Source: an uncultured delta proteobacterium
GTDB taxonomy: Bacteria; Myxococcota_A; UBA9160; SZUA-336
Length of the DNA stretch: 64,000 bases
NCBI GenBank assembly: GCA_963704165.1
Contig: CAVPHD010000001.1
Location: 320,001 to 384,000, forward strand
Direction of reading: 5' to 3'
The notes under the pieces were generated by a model. It did no database searches. It was not told the origin of the DNA and saw only the letters and a list, made by a program, of their open reading frames with translations. The translations under genes and the position numbers were made by a program. Shown here piece after piece: positions 30,030 through 41,705 of the stretch. How positions within the stretch are numbered: position 1 is the first letter of the stretch; each line of letters opens with the position of its first letter.

Positions 30030-30083
30030 GGGTCATCCTCCTTCGCGTATTCTACGCGCCTGCGGGGGAACGAAGGGAAGTCG

Positions 30084-31106
<1,023 letters not shown>

Positions 31107-31147
31107 AGACCGACGCCCTGCGGAGCGCGGGCAACGACTCGCCGATC

Positions 31148-32233
31148 TCACCCCGGCGCGGGGAGCCCGATCTCCTTCGCGAGCATCTGCGTGACCGAGT
31201 TGTGGGTCTCGAACTTCGAGTCCTCGGGCAGGACGCCGTAGTGGACCATCTGCTGCGCGATGCGGCTCATGATCACCGCGAAGCGGAAGCCCGCGAACAC
31301 GGTGTAGAACTTCTGCCAGCGGACCGCGCGACCGGTGAGCTCCTCGTAGCGCGCGATCGTCTCATCGTAGCTCGGAAATCCCGGCAGCTTCGGCACGCCG
31401 ATGCCCTCGCTGTGATGGCGGTCGAGGAAGATCGCCCACGCCAGATCCTGCTCGCCGTTTCCGTGCGCGGCCATCTCCCAGTCGAGCACGGCGAGCGGCT
31501 GCGTGCCGTCGGACGCGAAGATGATGTTCCCGATCCGTGCGTCGCCCCAGAGGAGTGAATCGGGCTCGTCGCCCGGCTTGTTCTGCTCGAGCCACGCCCA
31601 CGCCGCCTCGACCGTCGGCTGCGGCTTGCCCCGCGCGGCTAAGCGCATGTAGCGCTCGTAGTAGGTCATCTGCTGGTCGAGTCCGGTGCGTCCGAGCTCG
31701 GGTCGGTCGAGGAAGCCGAAGCCGAGCGCACGCCAGTCGAGGCCGTGGATCGTCGCCATCGACTCGATCCCGCCCCACCAGATGCGCGCCTGATCCGCGG
31801 GCGCGAGATCCCGCACCCATCCTTCCGCCGGGTACGGCGGACGATCCGACGGAACCCGGCCCTCGACGCGACCCATCACGTAGAACGGCGCGCCGAAGAC
31901 GCTCAGGTCGTCGGTCTCGAGCCAGTACATGCGCGGCACCGGCACGCCCGTCGGCGCGAGCAGCCGCATGCAGTCGTACTGGAGCCTCATGTCGTACTCG
32001 GGAAAGACCGCGAAGCCCGTCGGCTGGATGCGCACGACGAGCGACGCCTTTCGGTGTCGACCCGCCTCGGACCACCGGAGATCGAAGAGCAGCGTCTCGT
32101 TCGAGAAGCCCGAGGAGTGCGGCGCGACGAGCTCCGAGGCGTCGATCTCGGCCGCGTTCGGGAGCTTGCCGCGCAGCCAGCCGAGCAAGTTCGCGCGCGC
32201 CGAGACCAGGTCGCGCTGCCAGGCGGTCGGCAA
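31148..32233 (-). CDS. Aminoglycoside phosphotransferase-like kinase (ACAD10-N type)
   Basis: GFSNET, PFYVM, WGDARIGN, LDWEM; next to an acyl-CoA dehydrogenase. Confidence 0.88.
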   Translation of the reverse strand: MPTAWQRDLVSARANLLGWLRGKLPNAAEIDASELVAPHSSGFSNETLLFDLRWSEAGRHRKASLVVRIQPTGFAVFPEYDMRLQYDCMRLLAPTGVPVPRMYWLETDDLSVFGAPFYVMGRVEGRVPSDRPPYPAEGWVRDLAPADQARIWWGGIESMATIHGLDWRALGFGFLDRPELGRTGLDQQMTYYERYMRLAARGKPQPTVEAAWAWLEQNKPGDEPDSLLWGDARIGNIIFASDGTQPLAVLDWEMAAHGNGEQDLAWAIFLDRHHSEGIGVPKLPGFPSYDETIARYEELTGRAVRWQKFYTVFAGFRFAVIMSRIAQQMVHYGVLPEDSKFETHNSVTQMLAKEIGLPAPG

Positions 32234-32245
32234 CTTCGCTCCCGG

Positions 32246-33424
32246 CTAACGCCGCGGCAGGCCGAGCACGCGCTCGGAGATGATGTTGCGCTGGATCTCG
32301 CTCGTGCCCGCGAAGATCATCGGCCCGCGACTCTGCAGGAGCCGCTGCGCCCAGCGACCCCCCTCAGGCGAACGATGCGACTTGCGTTCGAGCTGACCGA
32401 ACGCGCCCTCGAGGTCGTTCCCGAGCCGCGCAAGGCGATGCCCCATCTCGGAGTAGTAGAGCTTCTGCAGCGAGGACTCCGAACCCGGTTTCACGCCCTG
32501 CGCGAGCGCGGTCAGCGAGCGCAGCGAATTCAGACGCAACACCTCGAGCTCGATCGCCGCCTGCGCGATGCGCTGCCGGTACACCCCGTCGCTCGCCCGT
32601 CGCGTCCTGCGCGCGTCCTCGACGAGCTGCTCGAACTCGCGCCGGTAGCCCGCGTAGCGCGAGAGCGTGCTCGCTCCGCGTTCGTAACCCAATACGGTGT
32701 TGGCGATCTGCCAGCCCTGCGTCGGCGCGCCGATCAGGTTCGAGGCGGGAACCAGGACGTCCTTGAAGAAGCACTGCGAGAAGCCGCGCCCTCCGGTCAT
32801 CTGCACGAGCGGCGCGACCTCGATGCCGGGAGTCTTCATGTCGATCAGGAGGAACCCGATGCCCTCGTGCTTCGCGGCCTTCGGGTCCGTGCGCACCAGA
32901 CAGAAGATCCAGTCCGCGCGATGCGCCATCGAAGTCCAGATCTTCTGCCCGTTCACGACGTAACGGTCGCCGCGCAGCTCCGCGGTCGTGCGCAGGTTCG
33001 CCAGGTCCGAGCCCGCGCCGGGCTCCGAGTAGCCCTGGCACCACATCTCCTCCGCGCGGAGCATCGGGCGCAGGAAGCGCTTCTTCTGCTCCTCGCTGCC
33101 GTGATGGACGATCGCCGGTCCGCACAGCCCGATCCCGAGCCCGTTCGTCGCCGGCGGCGCGCCCTGGAGCACGAGCTCTTCCTGAAGCAGCGCGTTCTCG
33201 ACGTGGCTCCGCCCCTGGCCGCCGTAGGCGACCGGCCAGGTCACACCGACGTAGCCGGCGTCGTAGAGCTCTTGGTGCCAACGGCGAATGCCGTCGAACA
33301 TCGCGTCCTCGTCGCCGAACTCTTCCGCGTCGGCGTCCTTCCACCACTGCGGCACGTGCGTCCGGATCCACGCGCGTGCCTTCTCCCGATAGGCCTGCTC
33401 GCTCTCGCTGAAGGTGAAGTCCAT
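32246..33424 (-). CDS. Acyl-CoA dehydrogenase
   Basis: WCQGYSEPGAGSDLA, NGQKIWTS, GTSEIQRNII..RVLGLPR. Confidence 0.94.
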   Translation of the reverse strand: MDFTFSESEQAYREKARAWIRTHVPQWWKDADAEEFGDEDAMFDGIRRWHQELYDAGYVGVTWPVAYGGQGRSHVENALLQEELVLQGAPPATNGLGIGLCGPAIVHHGSEEQKKRFLRPMLRAEEMWCQGYSEPGAGSDLANLRTTAELRGDRYVVNGQKIWTSMAHRADWIFCLVRTDPKAAKHEGIGFLLIDMKTPGIEVAPLVQMTGGRGFSQCFFKDVLVPASNLIGAPTQGWQIANTVLGYERGASTLSRYAGYRREFEQLVEDARRTRRASDGVYRQRIAQAAIELEVLRLNSLRSLTALAQGVKPGSESSLQKLYYSEMGHRLARLGNDLEGAFGQLERKSHRSPEGGRWAQRLLQSRGPMIFAGTSEIQRNIISERVLGLPRR

Positions 33425-33464
33425 GGATGCGAGTCTACACCCGCGCGGTCCACGAAGGCTTCGC

Positions 33465-34259
33465 TCACATCGACCGGAGATACGCCGGGCCGCCGAGCCT
33501 TGCGATCGCGCGCTCGATCTGCGCGGCGCGCGTGCGCACGTAGGTGGACGGACGGTCGGCGTGCAGGATTCGCGGCGCGGGGAGTACCGCCGCCAGCCGC
33601 GCGGCCTCCTCGCTTTCGAGCTGCGCCGGCGGCTTTCCGAAGTACCGCGTGCTCGCCGCGCCCGCACCGTAAACACCGGGGCCGAACTCCGCGACGTTCA
33701 GGTACACCTCGAGGATGCGGCGCTTGGGCCAGAGCGCCTCGATCAGCACCGTGAGGTACGCCTCGACGCCCTTGCGCGCGAAGCTACGGCCGGGCCACAG
33801 GAAGAGATTCTTCGCCACCTGCTGGCTGATCGTGCTCGCACCACGCATCGGCCCACCGCCGGCCGAATCCTCGAGCGCGTCGACGATCTCGTCGAAATCG
33901 AAGCCCGAGTGCTTGGGGAACTTCTGGTCCTCCGACGCCACGACGGCGATCGCGAGGTTCGACGAGATCCGCTCGTAGTCGACCCAGCGGTAGTCGGTGC
34001 GATATCCGCGCTCGCCGCGTGCCGCCGCGGCGATCCGCGACTCGATCATGAACGCGCTCGTCCACGGGTCGATCCAGCGCAAGAGAACGATCGCGGTGAT
34101 CGACGTCGCGACGAAGACCGCGAGCACACGCGCGGCGATTCCCAGCACGCGACGGACGAGCGGGGTCCGCACGAACGCGCCGAAGCTGCGCGTCGATCGC
34201 GACACGCGCCGATTCCCGCGCGACCTCCGTCTCTTCCTGGTCTTCGAGCGCAAGTCCAC
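33465..34259 (-). CDS. mtgA: Monofunctional peptidoglycan transglycosylase
   Basis: SEDQKFPKHSGFD, RGASTISQQVAKNLFLW, RILEVYLN; start uncertain. Confidence 0.93.
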   Translation of the reverse strand: MDLRSKTRKRRRSRGNRRVSRSTRSFGAFVRTPLVRRVLGIAARVLAVFVATSITAIVLLRWIDPWTSAFMIESRIAAAARGERGYRTDYRWVDYERISSNLAIAVVASEDQKFPKHSGFDFDEIVDALEDSAGGGPMRGASTISQQVAKNLFLWPGRSFARKGVEAYLTVLIEALWPKRRILEVYLNVAEFGPGVYGAGAASTRYFGKPPAQLESEEAARLAAVLPAPRILHADRPSTYVRTRAAQIERAIARLGGPAYLRSM

Positions 34260-34299
34260 CCCCGGCGGTGGATCGTACCGAACCGACGACGGAGGCGAG

Positions 34300-35115
34300 C
34301 TACCGCCCGGTGAACTTCGCCTTCTTCTTGGCGAGGAACGCGCCGGTGCCGGCGCGGAAGTCCTCGCTGCGACCGGTGTACATCATGGCTTCGGCTTCCA
34401 GGTCCATGACGTCGCGCAGGTTTCCGTGCTCGGCCAGGTTCAGGTGGCGCTTCATGTACCGGTAGGAGAGCGGCGGGCCCTCGGCCAGGCGATCCGCGAG
34501 AACATCGACCTCCTTGCGGAAGACGTCCTGCGCAAAGACGCGGTAGAGGAGGCCGATGCGCAGCGCCTCGGCCGCGTCGAAGCGCTCGCCGAGCAGGTAC
34601 AGCTCGCGCGCCTTCGCCGCGCCGAGCAACTTGGTCGCGAAGTACGAGCCGCCGAAGTCGCCCGAGAAGCCGATCCGCGCGAATGCCGTCGTGAACACCG
34701 CGCCGTCGACCGCGACGCGCAGATCGCAGGCCATCGACATCGACAGCGACGCACCTGCCACCGCCCCGTTGATCGCCGCGATCGTCGGCTTGGGCATCGT
34801 GTGCAGCGTGAACGACGACTCCTGCATGCGCTTCAGACCGTCGAAGGATTCCTCGAGCGTCTGCCGGCCGGACGCGTGCCGGTCGGCCGGTCCGGGTGCG
34901 TCGGGCGGAGCCAGGTCGGCGCCGGCCGAGAACGCGCGATCGCCCGCGCCGGTCAGCACGACGACGCGGACGGAGGCGTCGTCGGCGACTTCGCGGAGCG
35001 CGCTCGCGAGCGAATCGAGCAGCTCGCCCGTCAGCGAGTTCATCCGCTCGGGGCGGTTCATGGTGACGGTGGCGACGCCGTTGGATCTACGATCGACGAG
35101 GATGGAAGTGGTCAT
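34300..35115 (-). CDS. Enoyl-CoA hydratase/isomerase
   Basis: NRPERMNSL, AFSAGADL, KPTIAAINGAVAG, ACDLR. Confidence 0.93.
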   Translation of the reverse strand: MTTSILVDRRSNGVATVTMNRPERMNSLTGELLDSLASALREVADDASVRVVVLTGAGDRAFSAGADLAPPDAPGPADRHASGRQTLEESFDGLKRMQESSFTLHTMPKPTIAAINGAVAGASLSMSMACDLRVAVDGAVFTTAFARIGFSGDFGGSYFATKLLGAAKARELYLLGERFDAAEALRIGLLYRVFAQDVFRKEVDVLADRLAEGPPLSYRYMKRHLNLAEHGNLRDVMDLEAEAMMYTGRSEDFRAGTGAFLAKKKAKFTGR

Positions 35116-35157
35116 CCGCGCAGTATACGCGGGCTTCGGCTCCGCTTCGTCCGGCGC

Positions 35158-36927
35158 TCAACTCTTCCCCAGAAACGCCGCCACTTGCCGGAGTAGCTCG
35201 TCGCGGTGGATCGGCTTGGTCGCGTAGTCGTCACAGCCGAGGCCAATGCAGCGCTCGCGATCGCCGGACATGGCGTGGGCGGTGAGCGCGATGATCGGGC
35301 CGCGATAGCCGGCGCCACGGAGGCGGTGAACCGCGGTGTAGCCATCGAGGACGGGCATCTGCATGTCCATCAGGACGACGTCGTAGGGATCGCCGCTCGC
35401 TTGCGAGAAGAGCGCGAGCTCGCAGCCGATCTGGCCGTTCGCGGCGACCTCGACCTCGAGGCCGGCGCGGCGCAGGACGCTGCCGATCAAACGCTGGTTG
35501 TCGGGGCCATCCTCGACGAGCAGGATGCGGCCTTCGAGCGAGGTCGGCAGCGCCGTCGCTTCGGGCGCGCGCTCGATCACCGCGAACTCGCCGACCTCCG
35601 AGGCCGCGAGCACGCGCACGCCCGCGAGCGGACCACACGGGATCCTCAGGCTGAAGCGGCTGCCGCGACCGAGCTCGCTCTCGGCGACCACGTCGCCGTC
35701 GAGGATCCGCGCGAGCCGCCGCGACAGGCCGAGGCCGAGGCCCGTCCCCTGGTGCACACGCGTGGCCGAGCCGTGCACCTGGGTGAACATCTCGAAGACG
35801 CGGGGAAGCTGATCGGCAGCGATCCCGCAACCGGTGTCGACGATCGCGAACTCGAGCACGTACCCCGCGCTGTCAGCGATCTCGATCAGACCGACTTCGA
35901 TCCGAACGCGGCCCGTGTCGGTGAACTTGACCGCGTTGCCCACCAGATTGATCAGGATCTGGCGGAGCCGAGTGCGGTCGCACTCGATCTCCTCGGGGAT
36001 CCGGCCGGCCGCGACTGCCTCGAGCTTCAGGCCCTTCTCGTGCGCGTGCGCGCCGAGCAGGCTCACGACCTCGGCGACGATTCGGATCGGCGAGACGCGC
36101 TCACGCATGATCTCGAGCTTGCCGGCTTCGATCTTCGACAGGTCGAGAATTCCGTTGATGAGCGAGAGCAGGTGCGCGCCGTTGCGGCGAACCGTCGAGA
36201 GCGCGGCGCGGATCCGGCCGCTCACCGACAGCATCTCGAGCTCCAGCTCGACCTCTTCGGCGAAGCCCAGGATCGCGGTCATGGGCGTGCGGATCTCGTG
36301 ACTCATGTTGGTCAGGAACTCCGACTTCAGTCGCGTCGACTCGAGCGCGCGGTTTCGCGCGTCGGCCAGGTCGCTCAGAAGACGAAGGTGATCGCGCGCG
36401 TAGGTCGCGCCGAGCCACGCCATGGTGAAGCACATCAGGCCGAAGCTCAACGGATCGACCGCACGGTCGGCGGGGACGAGCCAGAGCGAGAGCGGATACA
36501 GCGCCGCCGTGCACGCCGCGAGCACGTAGGTCATCCACGGCCGCACCGGCGCCATCGACGCGAATGCGAGTGACGTCATCGGGGCCAGCAGCGCATAGGG
36601 TTTGTATCCCTGCAGGACGTGCGACGCCGAGAAGATCACGGCCGCGCTCGCGTGGAGTGTCGCCAGGAAGAGCAGGAACTCCGGGAAGCGCTCCCCCACG
36701 CGTCCACGCGCGGCCAGCCAGAGCAGGACGAACCCGGTCTCCACGACGGCAAAGTAGTAGAGCGAGGTTTCGAGAGTGGACTCACCGGTCAGGACCGAGA
36801 TCGTACAGAGCGGTGGCGCCATGATCGCGAGCATCCGGGTGACGCCGCGCGCGCTGCTCACGAGCAGATCGTGCACACTCTCGGACGAGCTCTTCGCCTC
36901 TGCCTCGCTCGACGACAACCCGTCCAT
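35158..36927 (-). CDS. Membrane-bound hybrid histidine kinase/response regulator
   Basis: TM region, SHEIRTP, NLVGNAVKFT, DTGCG, GTGLGL, receiver MDMQMP...KP. Confidence 0.94.
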   Translation of the reverse strand: MDGLSSSEAEAKSSSESVHDLLVSSARGVTRMLAIMAPPLCTISVLTGESTLETSLYYFAVVETGFVLLWLAARGRVGERFPEFLLFLATLHASAAVIFSASHVLQGYKPYALLAPMTSLAFASMAPVRPWMTYVLAACTAALYPLSLWLVPADRAVDPLSFGLMCFTMAWLGATYARDHLRLLSDLADARNRALESTRLKSEFLTNMSHEIRTPMTAILGFAEEVELELEMLSVSGRIRAALSTVRRNGAHLLSLINGILDLSKIEAGKLEIMRERVSPIRIVAEVVSLLGAHAHEKGLKLEAVAAGRIPEEIECDRTRLRQILINLVGNAVKFTDTGRVRIEVGLIEIADSAGYVLEFAIVDTGCGIAADQLPRVFEMFTQVHGSATRVHQGTGLGLGLSRRLARILDGDVVAESELGRGSRFSLRIPCGPLAGVRVLAASEVGEFAVIERAPEATALPTSLEGRILLVEDGPDNQRLIGSVLRRAGLEVEVAANGQIGCELALFSQASGDPYDVVLMDMQMPVLDGYTAVHRLRGAGYRGPIIALTAHAMSGDRERCIGLGCDDYATKPIHRDELLRQVAAFLGKS

Positions 36928-36980
36928 CCGCCTCCACGTCTGGAATCGGATTCACGGCAACGGAACTTGCGGATTCGGAG

Positions 36981-37445
36981 CTAGCCGCGCGGCATGACCC
37001 GCCAATAGCGAGTGGGTGGGGTCACCGTCCCGGGAGCGATTTCCGGGAGCGCGTATTTCGCGGCGTAAGCCGCCCGCACGCGCTCGAGTGCCGCGGCCTC
37101 GTCGAGCGGCACGAGTCGCACTTCGTAGACGTTCTCGCCGATCCCGAGCCGCACGTCGGGATCGCGATCGACCCAGGCCGGCCAGCGCTTCGTTTCCGGG
37201 TCACGCGCGCCCACGTAGAGCACACCGTCGAGTGACGCACTCCAGATGGTGACGGAGTGCGGAATCCAATACGGCGTGCGGACCTCGATGGCGATCTCTT
37301 TGTACACGTCGCTGAACGCCCAGTCCGTCGGCAGCTCCCGCACTGATTCCCCACTGAGACGGGTGCCCGGTCGGCGATCGGAGGGATCGATGCACGCAGA
37401 CAACGCAGCGATACCGATCATTGCACTCGCGAATCCCGCCTTCAT
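36981..37445 (-). CDS. Hypothetical lipoprotein (split-barrel/DUF2255-like)
   Basis: Lipobox LSAC; PHSVTIW, LYVG, AYAAKY; GGAGG RBS. Confidence 0.6.
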   Translation of the reverse strand: MKAGFASAMIGIAALSACIDPSDRRPGTRLSGESVRELPTDWAFSDVYKEIAIEVRTPYWIPHSVTIWSASLDGVLYVGARDPETKRWPAWVDRDPDVRLGIGENVYEVRLVPLDEAAALERVRAAYAAKYALPEIAPGTVTPPTRYWRVMPRG

Positions 37446-37507
37446 TCCGCCTCCGCCGTCGAGTCGCAGGAGTGTATCGTGGGATCGATCGATCGCGGGT
37501 GAAAGCC

Positions 37508-38291
37508 ATGAGTGACTTCTACCGGTACGTCGGGATCGACTATTCGGGGAGCGCAGACGCCAACGTCGAGCCTGAAGGGACTGCGGGTCTATGCCGCAGA
37601 TCGCGCGCGGGACCCGACCGAGGTCTCGCCGCCTCCGAGCCCGCGCAGGTACTGGACCCGACGTGGCGTCGCGGAGTGGCTGGCCGAGCAGCTTGCCGGC
37701 GAGTGGCCGACGCTCGTCGGGATCGACCACGCCTTCTCGTTCCCGCTCGAATACTTCGAGAAGCACGACCTGGCGCGCGACTGGCCCGAATTTCTCGAGG
37801 ACTTCGCACGCCACTGGCCCACGGATCGCGACGACACCTCCGTGGACTTCGTGCGCGAGGGCGTGGACGGCCATGGCGCCGCGCGCGGCGGAAACACCCG
37901 TTGGCGGCGGCTCACGGAGAAACGCGCCGGCGGCGCGAAGTCGGTGTTCCACTTCGACGTGCCCGGCTCGGTGGCCAAATCCACGCATTCCGGGCTCCCC
38001 TGGCTGCGCTACCTGCGGCAACACCTCGGAGCGCGGCTGCACTTCTGGCCGTACGACGGCTGGCGGGTGCCGAGCGGGCGATCGGCGATCGTCGAGGTCT
38101 ACCCGTCGCTGTGGAGCCGAAGTTTCGCGCGCGGGAGCCGCACGTCCGACCAGCACGACGCCTGGTCCGTCGCCGCGTGGATGCGTGCGGCCGATCTCGG
38201 CGGTGAGCTCGCCGGAGAGTTCACGCCCGTGCTCACGCCCCGAGACGAGGAGACGGCGAGAATCGAGGGCTGGATTCTCGGGGTCCGCTGA
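37508..38291 (+). CDS. Predicted RNase H-fold nuclease-like protein (DUF429-like); one +1 frameshift
   Basis: MSDFYRYVGIDYSG joins AQTPTSSLKGLRVY after removing one base at about 37546-37550 (260 aa); second GIDHAFSFP, VEVYP, HDA acidic motifs. Confidence 0.6.
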
Positions 38292-38449
38292 GTCAGTCGG
38301 CGAGAGGCTTCGGTGGGGAGCAACGGGGTCGCGCATTCCATGCCCGCCGTCCTTGGCCGGGGTGTACCCACGTGGCGCACCTGTCCGTCTCGGCGGACCG
38401 GGTGACCGGCACCCTCTAGATTTTCCGCGAGTCGTTCGACCTGACGACG

Positions 38450-41120
38450 GTGAGCGCGATCTCTCGATCCGTCTTCGTCGGCCGCGAGCGCGAGCTCGCC
38501 GTGCTTCGCGACGAGCTCGACGAGGCGCGGCTCGGGCGCGGCGGGGCGGTGCTCGTGAGCGGGGACGGGGGCATCGGGAAGACCGAGCTTCTGTGCGAGC
38601 TGGCTTCGCGCAACCCCTCGGTGCTCTTCGTGTGGGGACGCTGCGAGCGCGGGATCTCCGGCCGTCCGTTTCACGCCTGGCTCGAGGTGATCGAGTCGCT
38701 GCGCGCGACTTCCGAGGCGCGCGCGGAGCTCGACGGGCTTCTGGCCGAACTCACCACGCCGCTCGAGAACGGCACGCGCGAGCGGAGCGATCCCGAGACC
38801 GCGCGTTTCCTGCTGCTGCAACGCCTCGCGCGTGCGCTCGAACGCGAAGCCGAGGAGCGGGCGATCGCGATCGTACTCGACGACCTGCACCGGGCGGACC
38901 TCGCGACTTCGCGCTTCGCGGCACAGCTCGGCGACACCCCGTACGCGACGCGTGTGCTCTTGATCGGCCTGCACCGCGAGCTCGCACCCGACGCGGACCC
39001 GGCGCTCGCGGCGAACCTGCAGCGCATCGCGCGCGCGAAGCGGCGGATCGAGTTGACGGCGCTCTCGGCCGAGGAGGTCGCACGCTTCGCGGTTCTGGTG
39101 TCGAAGGAGCCGCCGTCGCCCGGCGAGCTCGACACGCTGCACCGGCGCAGCGGCGGGAGTCCTCTCTTCCTGCGCGAGCTGCTGCGCACGGAGGCCGGCG
39201 CCGACGCGGAACAGCGCGCACCTCGGACGCTTGCGCACCTGGTCGATGCGCGCTTGCAGACCCTCGGTCCGGAGGCGCGCGAGCTCGTCGAGCTCGCCTC
39301 GGTGATCGGGCACGAGCTGCCGCTCCTCTGGCTCGCGCGTGCCGCGCGGATCCACCGCCGCGCGGCGCTGGAGCAGATCGATCGTATCGCGTCGCTCGGT
39401 CTGCTCGCGCCCGTCGAAGCCGATCGCGATCGGCTCGCCTTCTCGCACGAGATCGTGCGCGAGGCGATCCTCGCGAATCTGCCGCTCGCGCGACGCGCGC
39501 GCCTGCACGGCGCCGTCGCCGTCGCGCTCGAGCGCGTATTCGAGAAGTCCGCGGATCCACCCTGGGCCGTGCTCGGGCATCACCATGGCGAATCCGACTC
39601 CGTCGACGGCGCCGCGCGTGCCGGAACCTGCGCCGAGGCGGCCGCGCACCAGGCCATGTCGCTGCTCGCGTTCGAGGACGCCGCAGCTCTGTTCGGCGCG
39701 TCGCTTCACTGGCTCGAGTTCGGCCCGCCGATCGAGCCCGCGCGCGAGGCGGAGCTTCTGCTCGAACTCGGGCGCGCGCATCTGCATGCCGGAGATCCGC
39801 GATCGCGCAGCGATCGACGTGGCGCAGGCTTCGGCCATCGCTCGGGCGGGCAACGCGATCGAACCGCTCGCGCGCGCGATCGCGCTGCTCGAGGCGATTC
39901 GGCCCGGAAATGCGGCCGAGGTTCCGCGCGATCGCATCGCGCGGCTCGAAGAGGTGCTGCTGCAGCTTCCCGCGGAGAACGCGGTGCTGCGCGCCGAGCT
40001 GCAGATCGCGCTCGCACGGGATCTGGTCGTGGCCGATCCGGTGCGCGCGCGCGCGACGAGCGACTCCGCGATCGCCACCGCACGCCAGCTCCGCGACGGC
40101 GCGCTCGAGCTGCGCGCGGTTTCGAGTCGCGCCGAGCTCCTGCTCTATCCCAACGACGCGCACGAACGCGAGTCCTTCGCGCGCGAGGCCGCCCGACTCG
40201 CGCGCAGCATCCGCGATCGCGGGGCCGAGGTGTTCGCGCACGAGCAGGTCTTCGCGAACGCGCTCGCGCGTGGCGACCGTGCCGCAGTGGACCGGGGCGC
40301 GGAGTCGTGCGAGCGCGCCGCGTCGGCCCACGGCCATCCCATGCACCGCGGTCACGCCGCGGCCGCACTCGCCGCCCGTGCGCTCTGGCTCGGCGACCTC
40401 GTCCTGGGCGAGCAGTTCTCCGACGAGGCCACGCGCCTGCTCGTAGACCACCGCTCGCGCGAACTCGCGTTCATGGTCGCAACGTCGCAGCGCTTCGTCT
40501 TGCGGCGTTTTCAGGGCCGGCTCGCCGAGCTCGAGCCGCAGCTCGACGCAGCGCTTCGCGATCAGCCCGAACGACTCGCCCCGCTCTGCGCGCTCTCGCT
40601 CGTCTACGCTTCGAGCGGCCGAAACGACGCCGCGCGTGCGAATCTGGCGCGCATTGCCGAGCGGTGCGGCGATGGCCGGATCCTCCGTCTGCCCGCGGAC
40701 CTCAACCGGTCGCTGAACGCGGCGCTGCTTGCCGAGACGTGCGCGTACCTGGGCGATGCCGAGACCGCCGCATTTCTCGAGCTCGAGCTCGAGATCGCCG
40801 GCGACGGAAACATCTGTCTCGGGTCGCTGGTCTGCGTCGGCTCGGTGCAGCGCTACCGCGGTCTGGTCGCCCACGCGCGCGGCGAGCACGACGAGGCGAT
40901 CGCATTCCTCGAGGACGCGATCGAGTGGGAGAAGCACGCCGGCGCGCGCCCGCTCGAGGCCTTCGCGGTGCTCGACTGCGCGCGCGTCGCGCTCGCTCGG
41001 GGAGAATCCGGCGACGACGAACGGGTGCGAATGCACGCGGCGCGAGCGCTGCAGCTCGCCGCCGAGCTGAATCTGCCCACGATCCTCGCGGCGGCTCGGG
41101 AGCTGGCGTACGCGCGCTAG
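38450..41120 (+). CDS. STAND-class (MalT/LuxR-type AAA) ATPase with helical repeats; one +1 frameshift
   Basis: FVGRERE, Walker A GDGGIGKT, Walker B LDDLH, GGSPLF, FSHEIVRE; two ORFs join to 889 aa after removing one base near 39797. Confidence 0.8.
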
Positions 41121-41158
41121 CTAGCGGCGCGGTCCCGAGCGTGGTCTACTGACGGCCT

Positions 41159-41632
41159 ATGCACACCCCATTCGTCATCGCATTCGTTCTCGCCGCTTCC
41201 GTCGCTCTCGCCGAACCCTACGCGGTCGAGAGCGTGCTGCCCGCCATCGAGCTGCCGGATCAGCACGGCGAGGCTAGGAAGCTCGACGAGTCCGTGCGCG
41301 CGATCGTCTTCAGCCGCGACATGAAGGCAGGGGACGTCGCGAAGGCCGCGGTCGAGAAGGCCGGCCCGGACGTCTTCGAGCGGAACGCCGCGGTGTACAT
41401 CGTCGACGTGAAGGGCATGCCGGCTCTCGTCCGGGCGCTCTTCGCCATGCCCGCCATGCGCCGCCGTCCGTACCGCGTGCTCGTCGATTACGACGGGACG
41501 AAGACCGGCGAAATCCCCGGCGGCGCCACTTACCCGACCGTTCTCGTGCTCGACAAGCTCCGCGTCACCAGCGTGTCGTATCCGACCAGCGCCGAAGAGG
41601 TGATCGCGGCGATCGAGACACCCGCGAAGTAG
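41159..41632 (+). CDS. Secreted thioredoxin-like hypothetical protein
   Basis: Signal peptide, LPDQHG motif, no CxxC. Confidence 0.6.
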   Translation: MHTPFVIAFVLAASVALAEPYAVESVLPAIELPDQHGEARKLDESVRAIVFSRDMKAGDVAKAAVEKAGPDVFERNAAVYIVDVKGMPALVRALFAMPAMRRRPYRVLVDYDGTKTGEIPGGATYPTVLVLDKLRVTSVSYPTSAEEVIAAIETPAK

Positions 41633-41705
41633 CTCTCTTGGCGCGAGTGACCTGCCGGTAGAATGGCGGCGCCCGTCCACTCCAGATCCGAATCGCGAGC
41701 TCGCA

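Noticed and set aside
37591..40446. 951-aa ORF and many other long Arg/Ala/Pro-rich ORFs (e.g. 11184-13757, 18935-21079, 43050-45335)
   Set aside because: Shadow frames of real genes in high-GC DNA; no motifs and biased composition
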